Shown piece after piece: positions 19,197 through 29,104 of a stretch of DNA of 64,000 bases (positions are counted from its first letter, which is position 1; each line of letters opens with the position of its first letter). This DNA is from an uncultured Fibrobacter sp. GTDB lineage: Bacteria > Fibrobacterota > Chitinivibrionia > Chitinivibrionales > Chitinispirillaceae. Location of the stretch: NCBI GenBank assembly GCA_964411655.1, contig CAYPMS010000008.1, positions 812-64,811 on the forward strand, read 5' to 3'. A program made the position numbers and the translations under genes. The notes beneath the pieces are model-generated. The model was not told the origin of the DNA. It saw nothing but the letters and a program-made list of their open reading frames with translations, and did no database searches.

Positions 19197-19508
19197 TCAA
19201 CCTTCCAGTGCATTCAAATAAACCTGCTCCGGCTGTACCCCCACAAATTCCCTTTCCACCTGCCCTTTACGAAATATTAACACTGTAGGAATACCGGTAA
19301 TACCATACCGGCTTGATATCACCGGATTTTCATCGACATTTAGAGTAAACACATTAACTTTTCCAGCCATCTTTTCACCTATTCTGTCTATAATCGGCCC
19401 CACCATCCGACACGGTCCACACCAGGGAGCCCAGAAATCCACCAGAACAGGCAGATCAGAGTCAATAACGTCCTTTTTAAAAGTAGCATCCGATGTTGCT
19501 GCTGCCAT
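19197..19508 (-). CDS. trxA: Thioredoxin
   Basis: It is 103 aa with the WCGPC active site and a typical thioredoxin fold sequence (VLVDFWAPWCGPCRM). An AAGGAGG RBS lies upstream. Confidence 0.93.
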   Translation of the reverse strand: MAAATSDATFKKDVIDSDLPVLVDFWAPWCGPCRMVGPIIDRIGEKMAGKVNVFTLNVDENPVISSRYGITGIPTVLIFRKGQVEREFVGVQPEQVYLNALEG

Positions 19509-19522
19509 AAAAGCCTCCTTTA

Positions 19523-19560
19523 TATTGCATAAGTTTCTTTTCCATCAGCATGTTATGCAA
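19523..19560. promoter_or_regulatory. Perfect 9-bp inverted repeat, candidate operator or upstream activating sequence (UAS)
   Basis: ATTGCATAA-N20-TTATGCAAT. It lies in the divergent trxA / sigma-54 activator intergenic region, about 65-100 nt upstream of the sigma-54 promoter-like site. Confidence 0.4.
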
Positions 19561-19624
19561 TAGCTATACCAATTTGAATCAGCCTAACCGGCTCTTTTTT
19601 GAAGAATTTGTATATCGATATTCT

Positions 19625-19640
19625 TGGATAGTATATTGCA
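19625..19640 (+). promoter_or_regulatory. Sigma-54 (-24/-12) promoter-like element
   Basis: TGGATAGTATATTGCA has the correct GG-N10-GC spacing and matches TGG, G7 and TTGCA of TGGCACG-N4-TTGCW. It lies about 45 nt upstream of the ATG at 19684. Confidence 0.5.
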
Positions 19641-19683
19641 TTGCAACAGTGCAACATCTCTATTGCAACGGGAGGAAGAAAAA

Positions 19684-21072
19684 ATGCAATGCCTCAGCGA
19701 TAATCAGTTTTCCGCACAATGTCTGGAATTGATTCTCCAAACCCTTGCAGAAGGCCTTTTTCTTACTGATGAGCAAGGAACTATCCGTTACTGCAATAAA
19801 GCTCTGGAAAAAATGACCGGAAAGAGCTCAGAAGAGATTTTGGGGCAAAAGTGCTGTTCGTTAATGAAAGAGATCTGCAATCCTCCACCTGAGTGTAACC
19901 TTTTTTCAAAAGGAGAAATCATTAACACCGAATGCTCGCTTCTTCACCGGTCAGGCAAAAGTATACCTGTATTAAAAAATGCCCGGGTACTGAAAGATAA
20001 TGAAGGGAAAATCCTGGGAGCAGTAGAGACCATTACCGATATTTCAGTTCTGAAAAAAACAGAACAGAAACTTCACCAATTGGAACAGCACAACACACAA
20101 AAGAAGCAATTCGGCAAAATTGTAGGAAAGAGCCAAAAGATTCAGGATCTTTTTGGGCTTATCGAACTTGCAGCTTCCTCAAATGCGACCGTACTGATTA
20201 CAGGAGAGACCGGGACCGGAAAAGAACTGGCAGCTTTAGCGACTCATGAGAACAGTCCCCGCAATAAAGGTCCATTCATAAAGCTAAACTGTTCGGCACT
20301 TCCTGAAACGCTTCTGGAAAGTGAACTTTTTGGACACGCCAGAGGATCATTCACAGGAGCAGTCAGGGACAAGGCAGGACGATTTGAAATGGCTGATGGA
20401 GGAACTCTTTTTCTGGATGAAATCGGGGAACTCTCGCCTCTGATTCAAGTAAAGCTATTACGTTTTTTACAGGAAAAGGAGTTTGAAAGAGTTGGTGAAA
20501 ATATTACCCGCAAAGCAGATGTAAGGATAATTGCAGCTACCCACCGCGATCTTCGCAAACTGGTTGCCGAAGGAACCTTCAGAGAGGATCTGTATTATCG
20601 TCTCAAAGTGTTTCCAATCCATATTCCGCCATTACGTGACCGTAAAGAAGATATAGGTCCGCTGATAGAGCATTTCATAAACAAATTCAACCTTGAAACA
20701 GGTAAATCGATCCAGGGGCTTACTCATGAAGCAGCAATAACCATGATGGATTACTGCTGGCCGGGAAATATCAGAGAACTGGAAAATGCTATCGAACACG
20801 CATTTGTCACCTGTCAGGGTTCCCGGATAGACATTTTCGATCTGCCCCTGGAGATTCGTAAAGTGGAGCTCCGCAAAAGCATCTGCATACCGGGACATCA
20901 GGACGTGAAGTCCATACCAGACTATTATTATCAGAAAAGGCCTCCCCTTACCGATGAGATATTTATGGCTGTGCTTAAAGAAAGCAATGGGAACCAGTCT
21001 GAAGCAGCACGTCGGCTGGGTATTGATCGAACCACGGTTTGGAGAAAAATGAAAAAACTAAAAATGATTTAG
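19684..21072 (+). CDS. Sigma-54-dependent transcriptional activator (enhancer-binding protein, EBP) with Cys-rich PAS sensor domain
   Basis: [23 protein letters not shown] and a C-terminal Fis-type HTH ([19 protein letters not shown]) are present. The N-terminal PAS-like domain contains [18 protein letters not shown]...TEC. The start is set at ATG 19684 (RBS GGGAGGAAG) rather than the listed 19624. Confidence 0.9.
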   Translation: MQCLSDNQFSAQCLELILQTLAEGLFLTDEQGTIRYCNKALEKMTGKSSEEILGQKCCSLMKEICNPPPECNLFSKGEIINTECSLLHRSGKSIPVLKNARVLKDNEGKILGAVETITDISVLKKTEQKLHQLEQHNTQKKQFGKIVGKSQKIQDLFGLIELAASSNATVLITGETGTGKELAALATHENSPRNKGPFIKLNCSALPETLLESELFGHARGSFTGAVRDKAGRFEMADGGTLFLDEIGELSPLIQVKLLRFLQEKEFERVGENITRKADVRIIAATHRDLRKLVAEGTFREDLYYRLKVFPIHIPPLRDRKEDIGPLIEHFINKFNLETGKSIQGLTHEAAITMMDYCWPGNIRELENAIEHAFVTCQGSRIDIFDLPLEIRKVELRKSICIPGHQDVKSIPDYYYQKRPPLTDEIFMAVLKESNGNQSEAARRLGIDRTTVWRKMKKLKMI

Positions 21073-21998
21073 CTTATTTTGTTCAATAGCCCGTTTTGTT
21101 GCCTGTAATAAGAGCCCTGAACCATTGCTGTTTTTTTCAAGTATTCATGCAGATAATTTATTGATCGGTTTTTCTCTGCACTCCAGGATGGAGCTATAAG
21201 CCCGAATTCAGGCTTTGAATCTGCCATTATACGATGAATGTACTGATCAGGCCGTAAACGACAAAGAAAGTCTCCCAGTAAACCCGCATACTCTTCTATG
21301 GAAAGTGGTGTATATGTCTTATTCTCATACCACTGGTGAATTCTGGTATTTTCAACTACCATCAACTGATGAATTTTAATACCGGAGACCGGTAACATAG
21401 AGAGTCTCCGGGCAGTTTCAGCCATCATTTCAGCAGTTTCTCCAGGCAACCCCAGCATGACGTGCACAACAATTTCAATTCCGTAATTTGCCAGCCTTTC
21501 AACTGTGCTGACAAATTCGGCAAATGTATGATGACGGTTAATCAATGTCAAGGTACAGTCATGAGAGCTCTGAAGCCCAAGCTCAATGCTCATAAAAGTA
21601 CGGGCAGACAATTCCTTAAGATACCCATATATTTCATCTGTAAAACAGTCCGGACGTGTGCCAAGAGCAAGTCCTATGACTTTGGGTGTTTCCAGCAGGG
21701 GTTCATAAACAGATCTGAGGAAACTGACTGTTCCGTAGGTATTGGAATAAGGTTGAAGATAAGGGATAAAAAGGTCAAATCCAGGTGCTCTGTTTATAGC
21801 GGATTTTAACTGTTCGACTGGAGAACAAATGTTTCTAACGGCAGGACTGAATGAAAGGTTATCACAGAAATAGCACCCGGTTTCGCTTTTGGTGCCATCT
21901 CTGTTTGGACAATTGAACCCACCATTTATCGGGATTTTCAGTACCGGCTTCCCGAATCTTTTCTTGAGATAATTCCGATATGAGTTATAGTTTAACAA
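21069..21998 (-). CDS. TIGR01212-family radical SAM protein
   Basis: INGGFNCPNRDGT...GCYFC and a downstream Elp3-like TIM-barrel sequence are typical of the YhcC/TIGR01212 family. Confidence 0.8.
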   Translation of the reverse strand: MLNYNSYRNYLKKRFGKPVLKIPINGGFNCPNRDGTKSETGCYFCDNLSFSPAVRNICSPVEQLKSAINRAPGFDLFIPYLQPYSNTYGTVSFLRSVYEPLLETPKVIGLALGTRPDCFTDEIYGYLKELSARTFMSIELGLQSSHDCTLTLINRHHTFAEFVSTVERLANYGIEIVVHVMLGLPGETAEMMAETARRLSMLPVSGIKIHQLMVVENTRIHQWYENKTYTPLSIEEYAGLLGDFLCRLRPDQYIHRIMADSKPEFGLIAPSWSAEKNRSINYLHEYLKKTAMVQGSYYRQQNGLLNKIS

Positions 21999-22004
21999 AA
22001 GAAA

Positions 22005-23066
22005 TTACTTTTTAGCCCTCTTCTTTGCTTCATCCTTCAGATCAAGAGGCTTAACTTCCTTTTCATCATTAAGGTCATTCAGATCATCCATAATATTGAC
22101 AGGTGCGGCATCTATCCGCTGCCGGGAACCTTCATCTTCATTACGAAGTTCTTTTTTCAACTCATCTATCTGATTTTTGGTGGTCAATTTCATTGCCGGT
22201 CCATTAGATTCTGTTCCTGGTTTTGCACCATATTGCAGCCGATCGATACGGTCCTGAATCTTTTCTTTACGCAGGGCATCTGAGCAGTATGCCATGCATT
22301 TTTTCCAAATTTCCAGAGCCTCCTCTTTATTGCCTTTTTCTTCCAGGGCCAGAGCCAGATTATCGTAGAGTTCATCATTTTCAGGTTCAACCGATATTGC
22401 AAGTTTGTATTCAGCTATACCTTTATCAATATCCTTGTCTCTTTTCCAGTAAATATTACCCAATTCCCAATGAGCGCTTCCATTTTTGGGATTTGCGACA
22501 TTTACCTGCTTAAGATATTTTTTGGCTTCTTCATAATTGCCTGTCGCAATAAGACATTTGGAAAGATTAACCAGAGCGTCTTCATGCACACCTTCGATGG
22601 AGATAACCTGCTTGTACTGGGCGATCGCTTCTTTATAATGGTTGGCATTAGCGTAGGAAGTTGCCAGATTCATACGTGCGGTAATGTTTTGAGGATCCAG
22701 CTGTACTGCCTGATAAAGAGCATTAATCGCATCCTGGGTTCGTCCCAACTGTTCATAAGCGATTGCCAGATTGCACCACAAAGCAGAATTACGATTTTGA
22801 ATTCGCATAGCTTTTTTAAATTCTTCAACTGCATTGGAGTATCTTCCCCACCCAAGATATGCGTACCCCAGGTTATATTGGGCTTCGAAATTGTAAGGCT
22901 CTCTGCTTGTGACCTGCCTGAAAGCGGTCACCGCCTCACTGTAAGCGCCTCGCTCCAGTAATTGCTGTCCAGAAGCCATAATTTCCTCAACAGATTGAGC
23001 TGATACCATAAAAATGGTGACCAGAACGACAAAGAGAATCTTTACCATCTGAATTTTCATATTCAC
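22005..23066 (-). CDS. Secreted TPR-repeat protein with charged C-terminal tail
   Basis: A signal peptide is followed by many canonical TPR units (AQYNLGYAYLGWGRYSNAVEEFKKAMRI, and others). It lies 6 nt upstream of the TIGR01212 gene. Confidence 0.75.
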   Translation of the reverse strand: MNMKIQMVKILFVVLVTIFMVSAQSVEEIMASGQQLLERGAYSEAVTAFRQVTSREPYNFEAQYNLGYAYLGWGRYSNAVEEFKKAMRIQNRNSALWCNLAIAYEQLGRTQDAINALYQAVQLDPQNITARMNLATSYANANHYKEAIAQYKQVISIEGVHEDALVNLSKCLIATGNYEEAKKYLKQVNVANPKNGSAHWELGNIYWKRDKDIDKGIAEYKLAISVEPENDELYDNLALALEEKGNKEEALEIWKKCMAYCSDALRKEKIQDRIDRLQYGAKPGTESNGPAMKLTTKNQIDELKKELRNEDEGSRQRIDAAPVNIMDDLNDLNDEKEVKPLDLKDEAKKRAKK

Positions 23067-23373
23067 CCCGCTTAATGCATTTTGGATGGATCTGCTTTCT
23101 CAATAAGAGAAAATAACTATGAGTGAGAACTCTTTCAAGTCTTATTTCAAGAATTGTCTGATTTCTGCAGTTAATAAATGAAGAAAAAATACAATCTGCA
23201 ATATCGGTTTTTATCATCAATAACCTGAAATAGATCCCTGATTTCTTTTACAAGGAAAATAAGCTTCATAGCAGTTTGGTTTCAGCTGCTCCGAATATAA
23301 GTCCATGGCAGATACCAATCAGGGCAAATTGTATATTAAAAAGGATTAACGTAAAAAATGGAAGGATTGCTCA

Positions 23374-24819
23374 ATGTGTCAAGATTCCCTGAAAGAGTAT
23401 CAGAACCCGCTGCTTGAACGTTATGCATCAGCTGACATGTCCTACATCTTCTCCCCAATAAATAAATTTTCCACTTGGAGGAAACTGTGGGTGGCTCTGG
23501 CTGAATGTGAAAAAGAGCTTGGACTTGCGATCTCTGATGAGCAGATCGAAGAGATGAAAGCTCACATATACGATATAGATTTTGACCTGGCTCGCACCTA
23601 TGAAGCAAAAACCAGACATGATGTTATGGCTCATGTCTACACTTTCGGAACTTGCTGCCCCAAAGCAAAACCAATAATCCATCTGGGTGCCACAAGTGCA
23701 TTCGTTGGTGATAATACCGATCTGATACAGATTCGTGATGGTCTGAAGCTGATTCTCAGCCGCATGTCTGGACTCATCAATAAACTCAAAGAGTTCGCAA
23801 TCAAACATGCAGATCTGGCAACTCTTGGCTTTACCCATTTTCAGCCAGCCCAGCTGACTACCGTGGGAAAACGCACATGTCTGTGGCTGTACGATTTATT
23901 ACTGGACTTTGAAGCGATTGAGCAGTTTCTCTCGATACTTCCTTTCCGTGGTGTCAAAGGTACTACCGGTACTCAAGCCAGTTTTCTTTCGCTTTTTGAA
24001 GGCGATCATGAGAAAGTAAAGAAGCTGGATATTATGGTATCTGAAAAAATGGGCTTTAAACGGGTAATTCCGGTTACTGGCCAGACCTATACCCGCAAAC
24101 TGGATTATCAGGCAGCCTCGCTTCTCTGCAACCTGGCTCAATCTCTTCACAAGATGGCTAATGACATCCGCCTCCTGCAGCATCTCAAAGAGATTGAGGA
24201 ACCCTTTGAAAAAGGCCAGATCGGCTCATCCGCCATGGCCTATAAACGTAACCCCATGAGATCGGAGAGATTAACCTCATTATGCCGCTATATTATCTCA
24301 CTGAATCAATCTCCGGCCATGACTGCAGCAGAACAGTGGTTTGAACGTACTCTGGATGATTCTGCAAATAAAAGGCTTTCTATTCCTGAAATGTTTCTGG
24401 CTGCAGATGCATCGGTTTTGATCGCTGATAACATTTCCGATGGTATGGTTGTATATCCGAATGTAATTCAAAAACATATAAATGAAGAGCTTCCTTTTAT
24501 GGCTACCGAATCCATAATAATGGCAGGTGTAAAAAAAGGTGGAGACCGTCAGGAGTTACACGAACATATCAGGATACACTCCATGGAATCTGCCCGTCTG
24601 GTAAAAATGGAAGGAAAGCCCAATGATCTTCTGGACAGGATAGCTTCTGATCCGCTTTTCGGCCTGTCAAAAAGCGATCTGCAAAACCTGCTTAATGTTT
24701 CAGATTTTGTGGGGAGAGCCCCTTTTCAGGTCAAAGAATTTATTGCCGAATATATCGATCCATTGCTGGAACGCGCTGCTGCATTTGGTAAAGCCGGCAA
24801 TTATGAGCTGACAGTATAG
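23374..24819 (+). CDS. purB: Adenylosuccinate lyase
   Basis: The fumarate-lyase signature GSSAMAYKRNPMRSE is present. The N-terminal NPLLERYAS and the length are typical of PurB. Confidence 0.93.
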   Translation: MCQDSLKEYQNPLLERYASADMSYIFSPINKFSTWRKLWVALAECEKELGLAISDEQIEEMKAHIYDIDFDLARTYEAKTRHDVMAHVYTFGTCCPKAKPIIHLGATSAFVGDNTDLIQIRDGLKLILSRMSGLINKLKEFAIKHADLATLGFTHFQPAQLTTVGKRTCLWLYDLLLDFEAIEQFLSILPFRGVKGTTGTQASFLSLFEGDHEKVKKLDIMVSEKMGFKRVIPVTGQTYTRKLDYQAASLLCNLAQSLHKMANDIRLLQHLKEIEEPFEKGQIGSSAMAYKRNPMRSERLTSLCRYIISLNQSPAMTAAEQWFERTLDDSANKRLSIPEMFLAADASVLIADNISDGMVVYPNVIQKHINEELPFMATESIIMAGVKKGGDRQELHEHIRIHSMESARLVKMEGKPNDLLDRIASDPLFGLSKSDLQNLLNVSDFVGRAPFQVKEFIAEYIDPLLERAAAFGKAGNYELTV

Positions 24820-24829
24820 GGATCAGGGG

Positions 24830-25663
24830 ATGCTGGCAGATTATCATGTGCATACCCCTTATTGTGGTCATGCTCACGGCAAAATAATTCAGTATGTGCA
24901 TTCAGCCATCTACTCAGGTTTACACGAAATCGGATTTTCTGATCATCTGGGTAGATATTATCTGAGTAAAAGTCAGAGATGCCGGTATTGGGACTGGGGG
25001 ATGGATGAAAAAAATATCGGTCGTTACTATTCAGAGATCTCTGATTTACAGGAAATTTTCAGTAAAGAAATCTCTATAAAAATCGGCCTCGAAGTCGACT
25101 ATATCGAAGGTGCAGAGGAACTGCTTCAGCCTTTTATTGATAACTTCAAATTCGATTTTATTCTCTGTTCAATTCATTGTATGCCCAAATTCAACTGGGA
25201 ACACATCTCTTCTTTTTCCAAACGCACTGAGACACTTCCTTTGTATAAAGAGTATTTCAGACTCGCCCGTTCTGCACTGCAATCACCCTTCTGTGATTCT
25301 CTGGCGCATCTGGATTTTATCTGGCGGCATGTGGCATATCCACTTAGTGCTCATGACAACATCCTTCAGGAAATCGCGGAGACTGTATTTACAGCAGCGC
25401 AACTCAACCGCTGTATCGAGATCAATGCAAATGGCTATATCTGGTCAAGAGCACGCAGCTCTGCTGAACCCTTTGACCCTTTCATGTTCCTCATTGATCA
25501 GATCCAGCTTTACAATGTTCCGGTGACCATGGGCTCGGATGCACATGATCCTATGATGGTTGGTAAAGCATTTGAAGATCTTGTTGCTCTTTTAAAGAGC
25601 AAAAATATCAATACTGTTCAGCTCTTTTCCGATAGAGTACCACATTCTGCTGAAATAGGTTAG
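24830..25663 (+). CDS. HisJ-family histidinol-phosphatase (PHP domain)
   Basis: DYHVHTPYCGHA, GFSDH and GSDAH are PHP metal-binding motifs. Confidence 0.8.
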   Translation: MLADYHVHTPYCGHAHGKIIQYVHSAIYSGLHEIGFSDHLGRYYLSKSQRCRYWDWGMDEKNIGRYYSEISDLQEIFSKEISIKIGLEVDYIEGAEELLQPFIDNFKFDFILCSIHCMPKFNWEHISSFSKRTETLPLYKEYFRLARSALQSPFCDSLAHLDFIWRHVAYPLSAHDNILQEIAETVFTAAQLNRCIEINANGYIWSRARSSAEPFDPFMFLIDQIQLYNVPVTMGSDAHDPMMVGKAFEDLVALLKSKNINTVQLFSDRVPHSAEIG

Positions 25664-25963
25664 GTTAAGACATCTTTGCTATAGTGCGCAGAATAAATGA
25701 CTTCTGATAATATTCTGATCCATTACCAGAAATTCAGAATAACACGAGAAAAGCGATACCTGCAAATCGAGCGGTTATAAAATGATGGCTGGCTGAATCG
25801 AGCGTTTCAGCATTAAAGGGCAATAACGGGAAAGCTGGATTTATCAGATTGAAAATAACAGAACACAGACAAAAAAAATTCGGAGTCGATATTTTTGATT
25901 ACAATGGCAATGTCGTTCTGAAGAAAGATAAATGGGGCCTTATGACGAGCCGGCTGTTAACCG

Positions 25964-26662
25964 TTATTCTCCTCTTATAACGCAACTCCCTGCAACCGAA
26001 GCAATAATATCTCTGAAAAATCTTATCTGTTCGGTTGGTATCACGTTTTGCGGTCCAAATGAGCTGTCCAGAACTGCACTTGTTAATTTAAGCGGCTGCA
26101 GAAACACCTTTTGTACTCCGGTAAGCATCTCTGCAATTTTGTGAACCACATTCTCATCAACAAACGGGGAAGCCATTGTTATCCGTACTTCAGCAGAAGA
26201 ACCCATTTTTTTGACAATCTCAATTGCATTCAGCAGTTTCTTCTCAAACTCTGGATCCCTGCACCCCAATTCAACATACCTTAGCGGATCGGTTTTAATG
26301 TCCAGAGCCAGATAATCAGGTTTACATCTAATAACCATCTCAGGATTAGTTCCATTTGTGTCAATCTTTATCTTAAAACCGCTCTCACGAAGCTCCCTTA
26401 CCAGATCAGGTATGAAAGCATGCAGAGTAGGTTCTCCCCCACTGAGCACGACTCCTTCGATAAGTGTTTTTCTCCTGTTAAGAAAGGATTGAACATCGGT
26501 CCATGGTATTTGAGGCAGTTTCCCTAATACAATATCCGGATTATGACAATACGGACAGCGCAAATTGCAGCCCTCAAAAAAAAGGACGGTCGAAACCGTC
26601 CCCGGATAATCAATAAAAGAGGTTTTCTGCCAGCCGATTATTCCTTTGAAACCACCGGACAT
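25964..26662 (-). CDS. nrdG: Anaerobic ribonucleoside-triphosphate reductase activating protein
   Basis: The radical SAM CNLRCPYCHN cluster motif and GGEPTL are present. It overlaps the nrdD stop by 25 nt. Confidence 0.88.
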   Translation of the reverse strand: MSGGFKGIIGWQKTSFIDYPGTVSTVLFFEGCNLRCPYCHNPDIVLGKLPQIPWTDVQSFLNRRKTLIEGVVLSGGEPTLHAFIPDLVRELRESGFKIKIDTNGTNPEMVIRCKPDYLALDIKTDPLRYVELGCRDPEFEKKLLNAIEIVKKMGSSAEVRITMASPFVDENVVHKIAEMLTGVQKVFLQPLKLTSAVLDSSFGPQNVIPTEQIRFFRDIIASVAGSCVIRGE

Positions 26663-28782
26663 GCAACTTCCTTATTAATAATGGTAGCATCAATAACCGG
26701 ATGGCAAACAGAGGAGCCCGACTGGAAATTGCGAAATGTTTTGCGAAGATTGAATTCCGATTTCTTGCCATTATTCCAGTTTTGCACCGGTCTGTAATAT
26801 CCTACAATACGTGAATACACCTCTGTTTCCTCCGAGCAGTTCGGACATGAGAAGTGCTCACCTTTAATGTACCCGTGGTTGCTGCAGATTGAGAAGGTTG
26901 GAGAAATGGTGAAATATGGAATTTCAAAGTTTTCAGCAATTCTTCTTACCAGTTTTTTACAAACTTCAACATCATCGATCGATTCACCGATAAAAGCGTG
27001 AAATACAGTTCCTCCAGTGTAAAGTTTCTGAATATCATTTTGCAATTCAAGAGCTTCAAAGAGATCATCAGTCGCATTTACCGGAAGTTGAGTGGAGTTA
27101 GTGTAAAAAGGATTATTTTCACCGGGAATTATCATACGGGAGAATTTTTCTCTATCGATTTTAGCCAGTCTGTATGAAGTTCCTTCTCCGGGGGTAGCTT
27201 CCAGATTGTACAGATGTCCAGTTTCTTCCTGATACTTAACCAGCCTCTGGCGCATATATAAAAGTACCTCTTTGGCAAACTCCCTGGCTTGTGATTCAAC
27301 CAGGCTTTTACCCATGAAATTGAGTGTCGATTCGTTCATGCCGATAAGGCCAATAGTTGAGAAATGATTATTCCAGTGCCTTAAATATCTCTGGGTATAG
27401 GGGAAAAGTCCCTGATCCATCAATTTACTTATCACATTTCTTTTGATCTCCAGTGAATCTCTTGCGATATCCATGAAATGATCCAGCTGGCGAAAATATT
27501 CCTCTTTGGTTGCAGACAAGTAACCTATTCTGGGAAGATTGATGGTTACCACACCTATCGAACCGGTAAACTCATCGGAACCAAATAGACCACCACCTCT
27601 ATTGCGAAGCTCTCTCTTATCTAATTGCAACCTGCAGCACATCGAACGTACATCGCTGGGGTTCAACGATGAATTGACAAAATTCTGAAAATATGGTGTC
27701 CCGTATTTTCCGGTCATTTTAAAAAGAAGTCCTGCATTTTCGCTATCCCAGTTGAAATTTCTGGTTATGTTGTAAGTTGGAATAGGATAAGAGAAGCCCC
27801 GCCCATCAGCGTCCCCTTCGATTAAAACCTCAAGAAACGCTTTATTGATCATATCCATCTCAGGCTGATAATCTCCATAAGTATTATCAAGTGTCACTCC
27901 ACCAACAATCGCCGGCTGATCACGTAAATCCTCCGGAACCACCCAGTCAAGGGTAATATTGGTAAAAGGAGCCTGAGATCCCCATCTTGATGGGGTATTA
28001 ACTCCAAATACGAAAGATTGAATATGTTGTTTGATTTCTGTATAAGAGAGCCGATCTGCCCGAACAAATGGTGCCAGATAGGTATCAAAGGAGGAAAAAG
28101 CCTGTGCCCCGGCCCATTCATTTTGAAGAATACCCAGAAAGTTTACCATCTGTTGAATAAGAGTCGATAAATGTTTTGGGGGTCTGGAGGATATCTTACC
28201 CTTAACTTTTCCCAAGCCTTCAGAAATAAGCTGCCGTAATGACCAACCGGCGCAATATCCAGAAAACATAGATAAATCATGGATATGAATATCACCGTTT
28301 CTGTGCGCAGAGGAGATATCATGGTTATAGATGTTTTCCAGCCAGTAATTAGCTGTTATGGCACCACTGTTGTGAAGAATCAAACCACCAAGAGAGTAGT
28401 TCACATTGGAGTTTTCCTTCACCCGCCAGTCTTCCTTCTGAAGATAACCATCCATTGTGTTAGCTATGTCCAGAACCAGATCTTTTGTACTGCGTAGCCG
28501 CCGGTGCTGTTCTCTGTAAAGAATATAGGCCTTAGCTATTCTGGCGTGTCCCTGCTCAATTAAAACCTTTTCTACGATATCCTGGATCTCTTCAACTGCC
28601 GGGATAGAATTGGGATGAAATTTGTGACCGATAGCATCTTCCACATTCTTAGCCAGATACAGTGCCAATCCGAAGTCTTTTGCTCCTGCTGCCGATGCAG
28701 CCTTAAAAATTGCATTAGCGATCTTATAGTTATCATAAGGAACCAGTTTTCCATCTCGCTTACGGATTGTCGAAATCATCAA
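26638..28782 (-). CDS. nrdD: Anaerobic (class III) ribonucleoside-triphosphate reductase
   Basis: An N-terminal ATP-cone (IRKRDGKLVPYD) is present. The C-terminal Zn-ribbon is CPNCSEE, and the glycyl-radical motif is RIVGYYRP. Confidence 0.93.
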   Translation of the reverse strand: MMISTIRKRDGKLVPYDNYKIANAIFKAASAAGAKDFGLALYLAKNVEDAIGHKFHPNSIPAVEEIQDIVEKVLIEQGHARIAKAYILYREQHRRLRSTKDLVLDIANTMDGYLQKEDWRVKENSNVNYSLGGLILHNSGAITANYWLENIYNHDISSAHRNGDIHIHDLSMFSGYCAGWSLRQLISEGLGKVKGKISSRPPKHLSTLIQQMVNFLGILQNEWAGAQAFSSFDTYLAPFVRADRLSYTEIKQHIQSFVFGVNTPSRWGSQAPFTNITLDWVVPEDLRDQPAIVGGVTLDNTYGDYQPEMDMINKAFLEVLIEGDADGRGFSYPIPTYNITRNFNWDSENAGLLFKMTGKYGTPYFQNFVNSSLNPSDVRSMCCRLQLDKRELRNRGGGLFGSDEFTGSIGVVTINLPRIGYLSATKEEYFRQLDHFMDIARDSLEIKRNVISKLMDQGLFPYTQRYLRHWNNHFSTIGLIGMNESTLNFMGKSLVESQAREFAKEVLLYMRQRLVKYQEETGHLYNLEATPGEGTSYRLAKIDREKFSRMIIPGENNPFYTNSTQLPVNATDDLFEALELQNDIQKLYTGGTVFHAFIGESIDDVEVCKKLVRRIAENFEIPYFTISPTFSICSNHGYIKGEHFSCPNCSEETEVYSRIVGYYRPVQNWNNGKKSEFNLRKTFRNFQSGSSVCHPVIDATIINKEVACPVVSKE

Positions 28783-28816
28783 TTAACTCCTAACGAATAG
28801 GGTGAAGGTGAATAAA

Positions 28817-28864
28817 CCACAATATATGCTACTAATATGCAAAAGAGTATACAATATCTACCCC
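28817..28864. promoter_or_regulatory. Two NrdR-box-like sites upstream of nrdD
   Basis: CCACAATATATGCTAC (28817-28832) and ATACAATATCTACCCC (28849-28864) each match the left half of the NrdR box acaCwAtATaTwgtgt. By my alignment the matches are about 11/16 and 10/16. The sites are in phase 32 bp apart and lie 35-80 nt upstream of the nrdD start. Confidence 0.35.
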
Positions 28865-29104
28865 ATGCAGTCAATGATAAATATTTTATTTTTTTCAATC
28901 CCTTAGCTTATCCGAAAATTAAACACCAGATAAAAGCTAAAACACTGATATTTAATGAAATCCATCTTTTATGCCAATGCAGAAGGGGAAACCTGAATAC
29001 ATCAGCTTTTAGACAGGTCTGAAGACTTTTTTCATTGAAGCTGCTGGCATACTTCTTGCATTCCACAAATAAAAGACGATCTGAAACATTGGCATGGGAT
29101 CAGT

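Noticed and set aside
19624-19683. N-terminal extension of the sigma-54 activator in the ORF track. Similar extensions occur at 8677-8775 (TrmH), 61639-61767 (PFOR), 57061-57108 (BON) and 10891-10968 (porin-like protein).
   Set aside because: The extensions start at non-ATG or poorly placed codons and contain promoter-like DNA or Cys/Trp-rich junk sequence. Internal ATGs with good Shine-Dalgarno sequences give N-termini typical of each family.
22470-22961. A 163-aa plus-strand ORF. Similar long antisense ORFs occur at 49275-49739, 49908-50270, 21462-21809, 23428-23838 and 63042-63479.
   Set aside because: Each lies fully inside a longer, motif-supported gene on the opposite strand and has no motifs. 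They are shadow ORFs.
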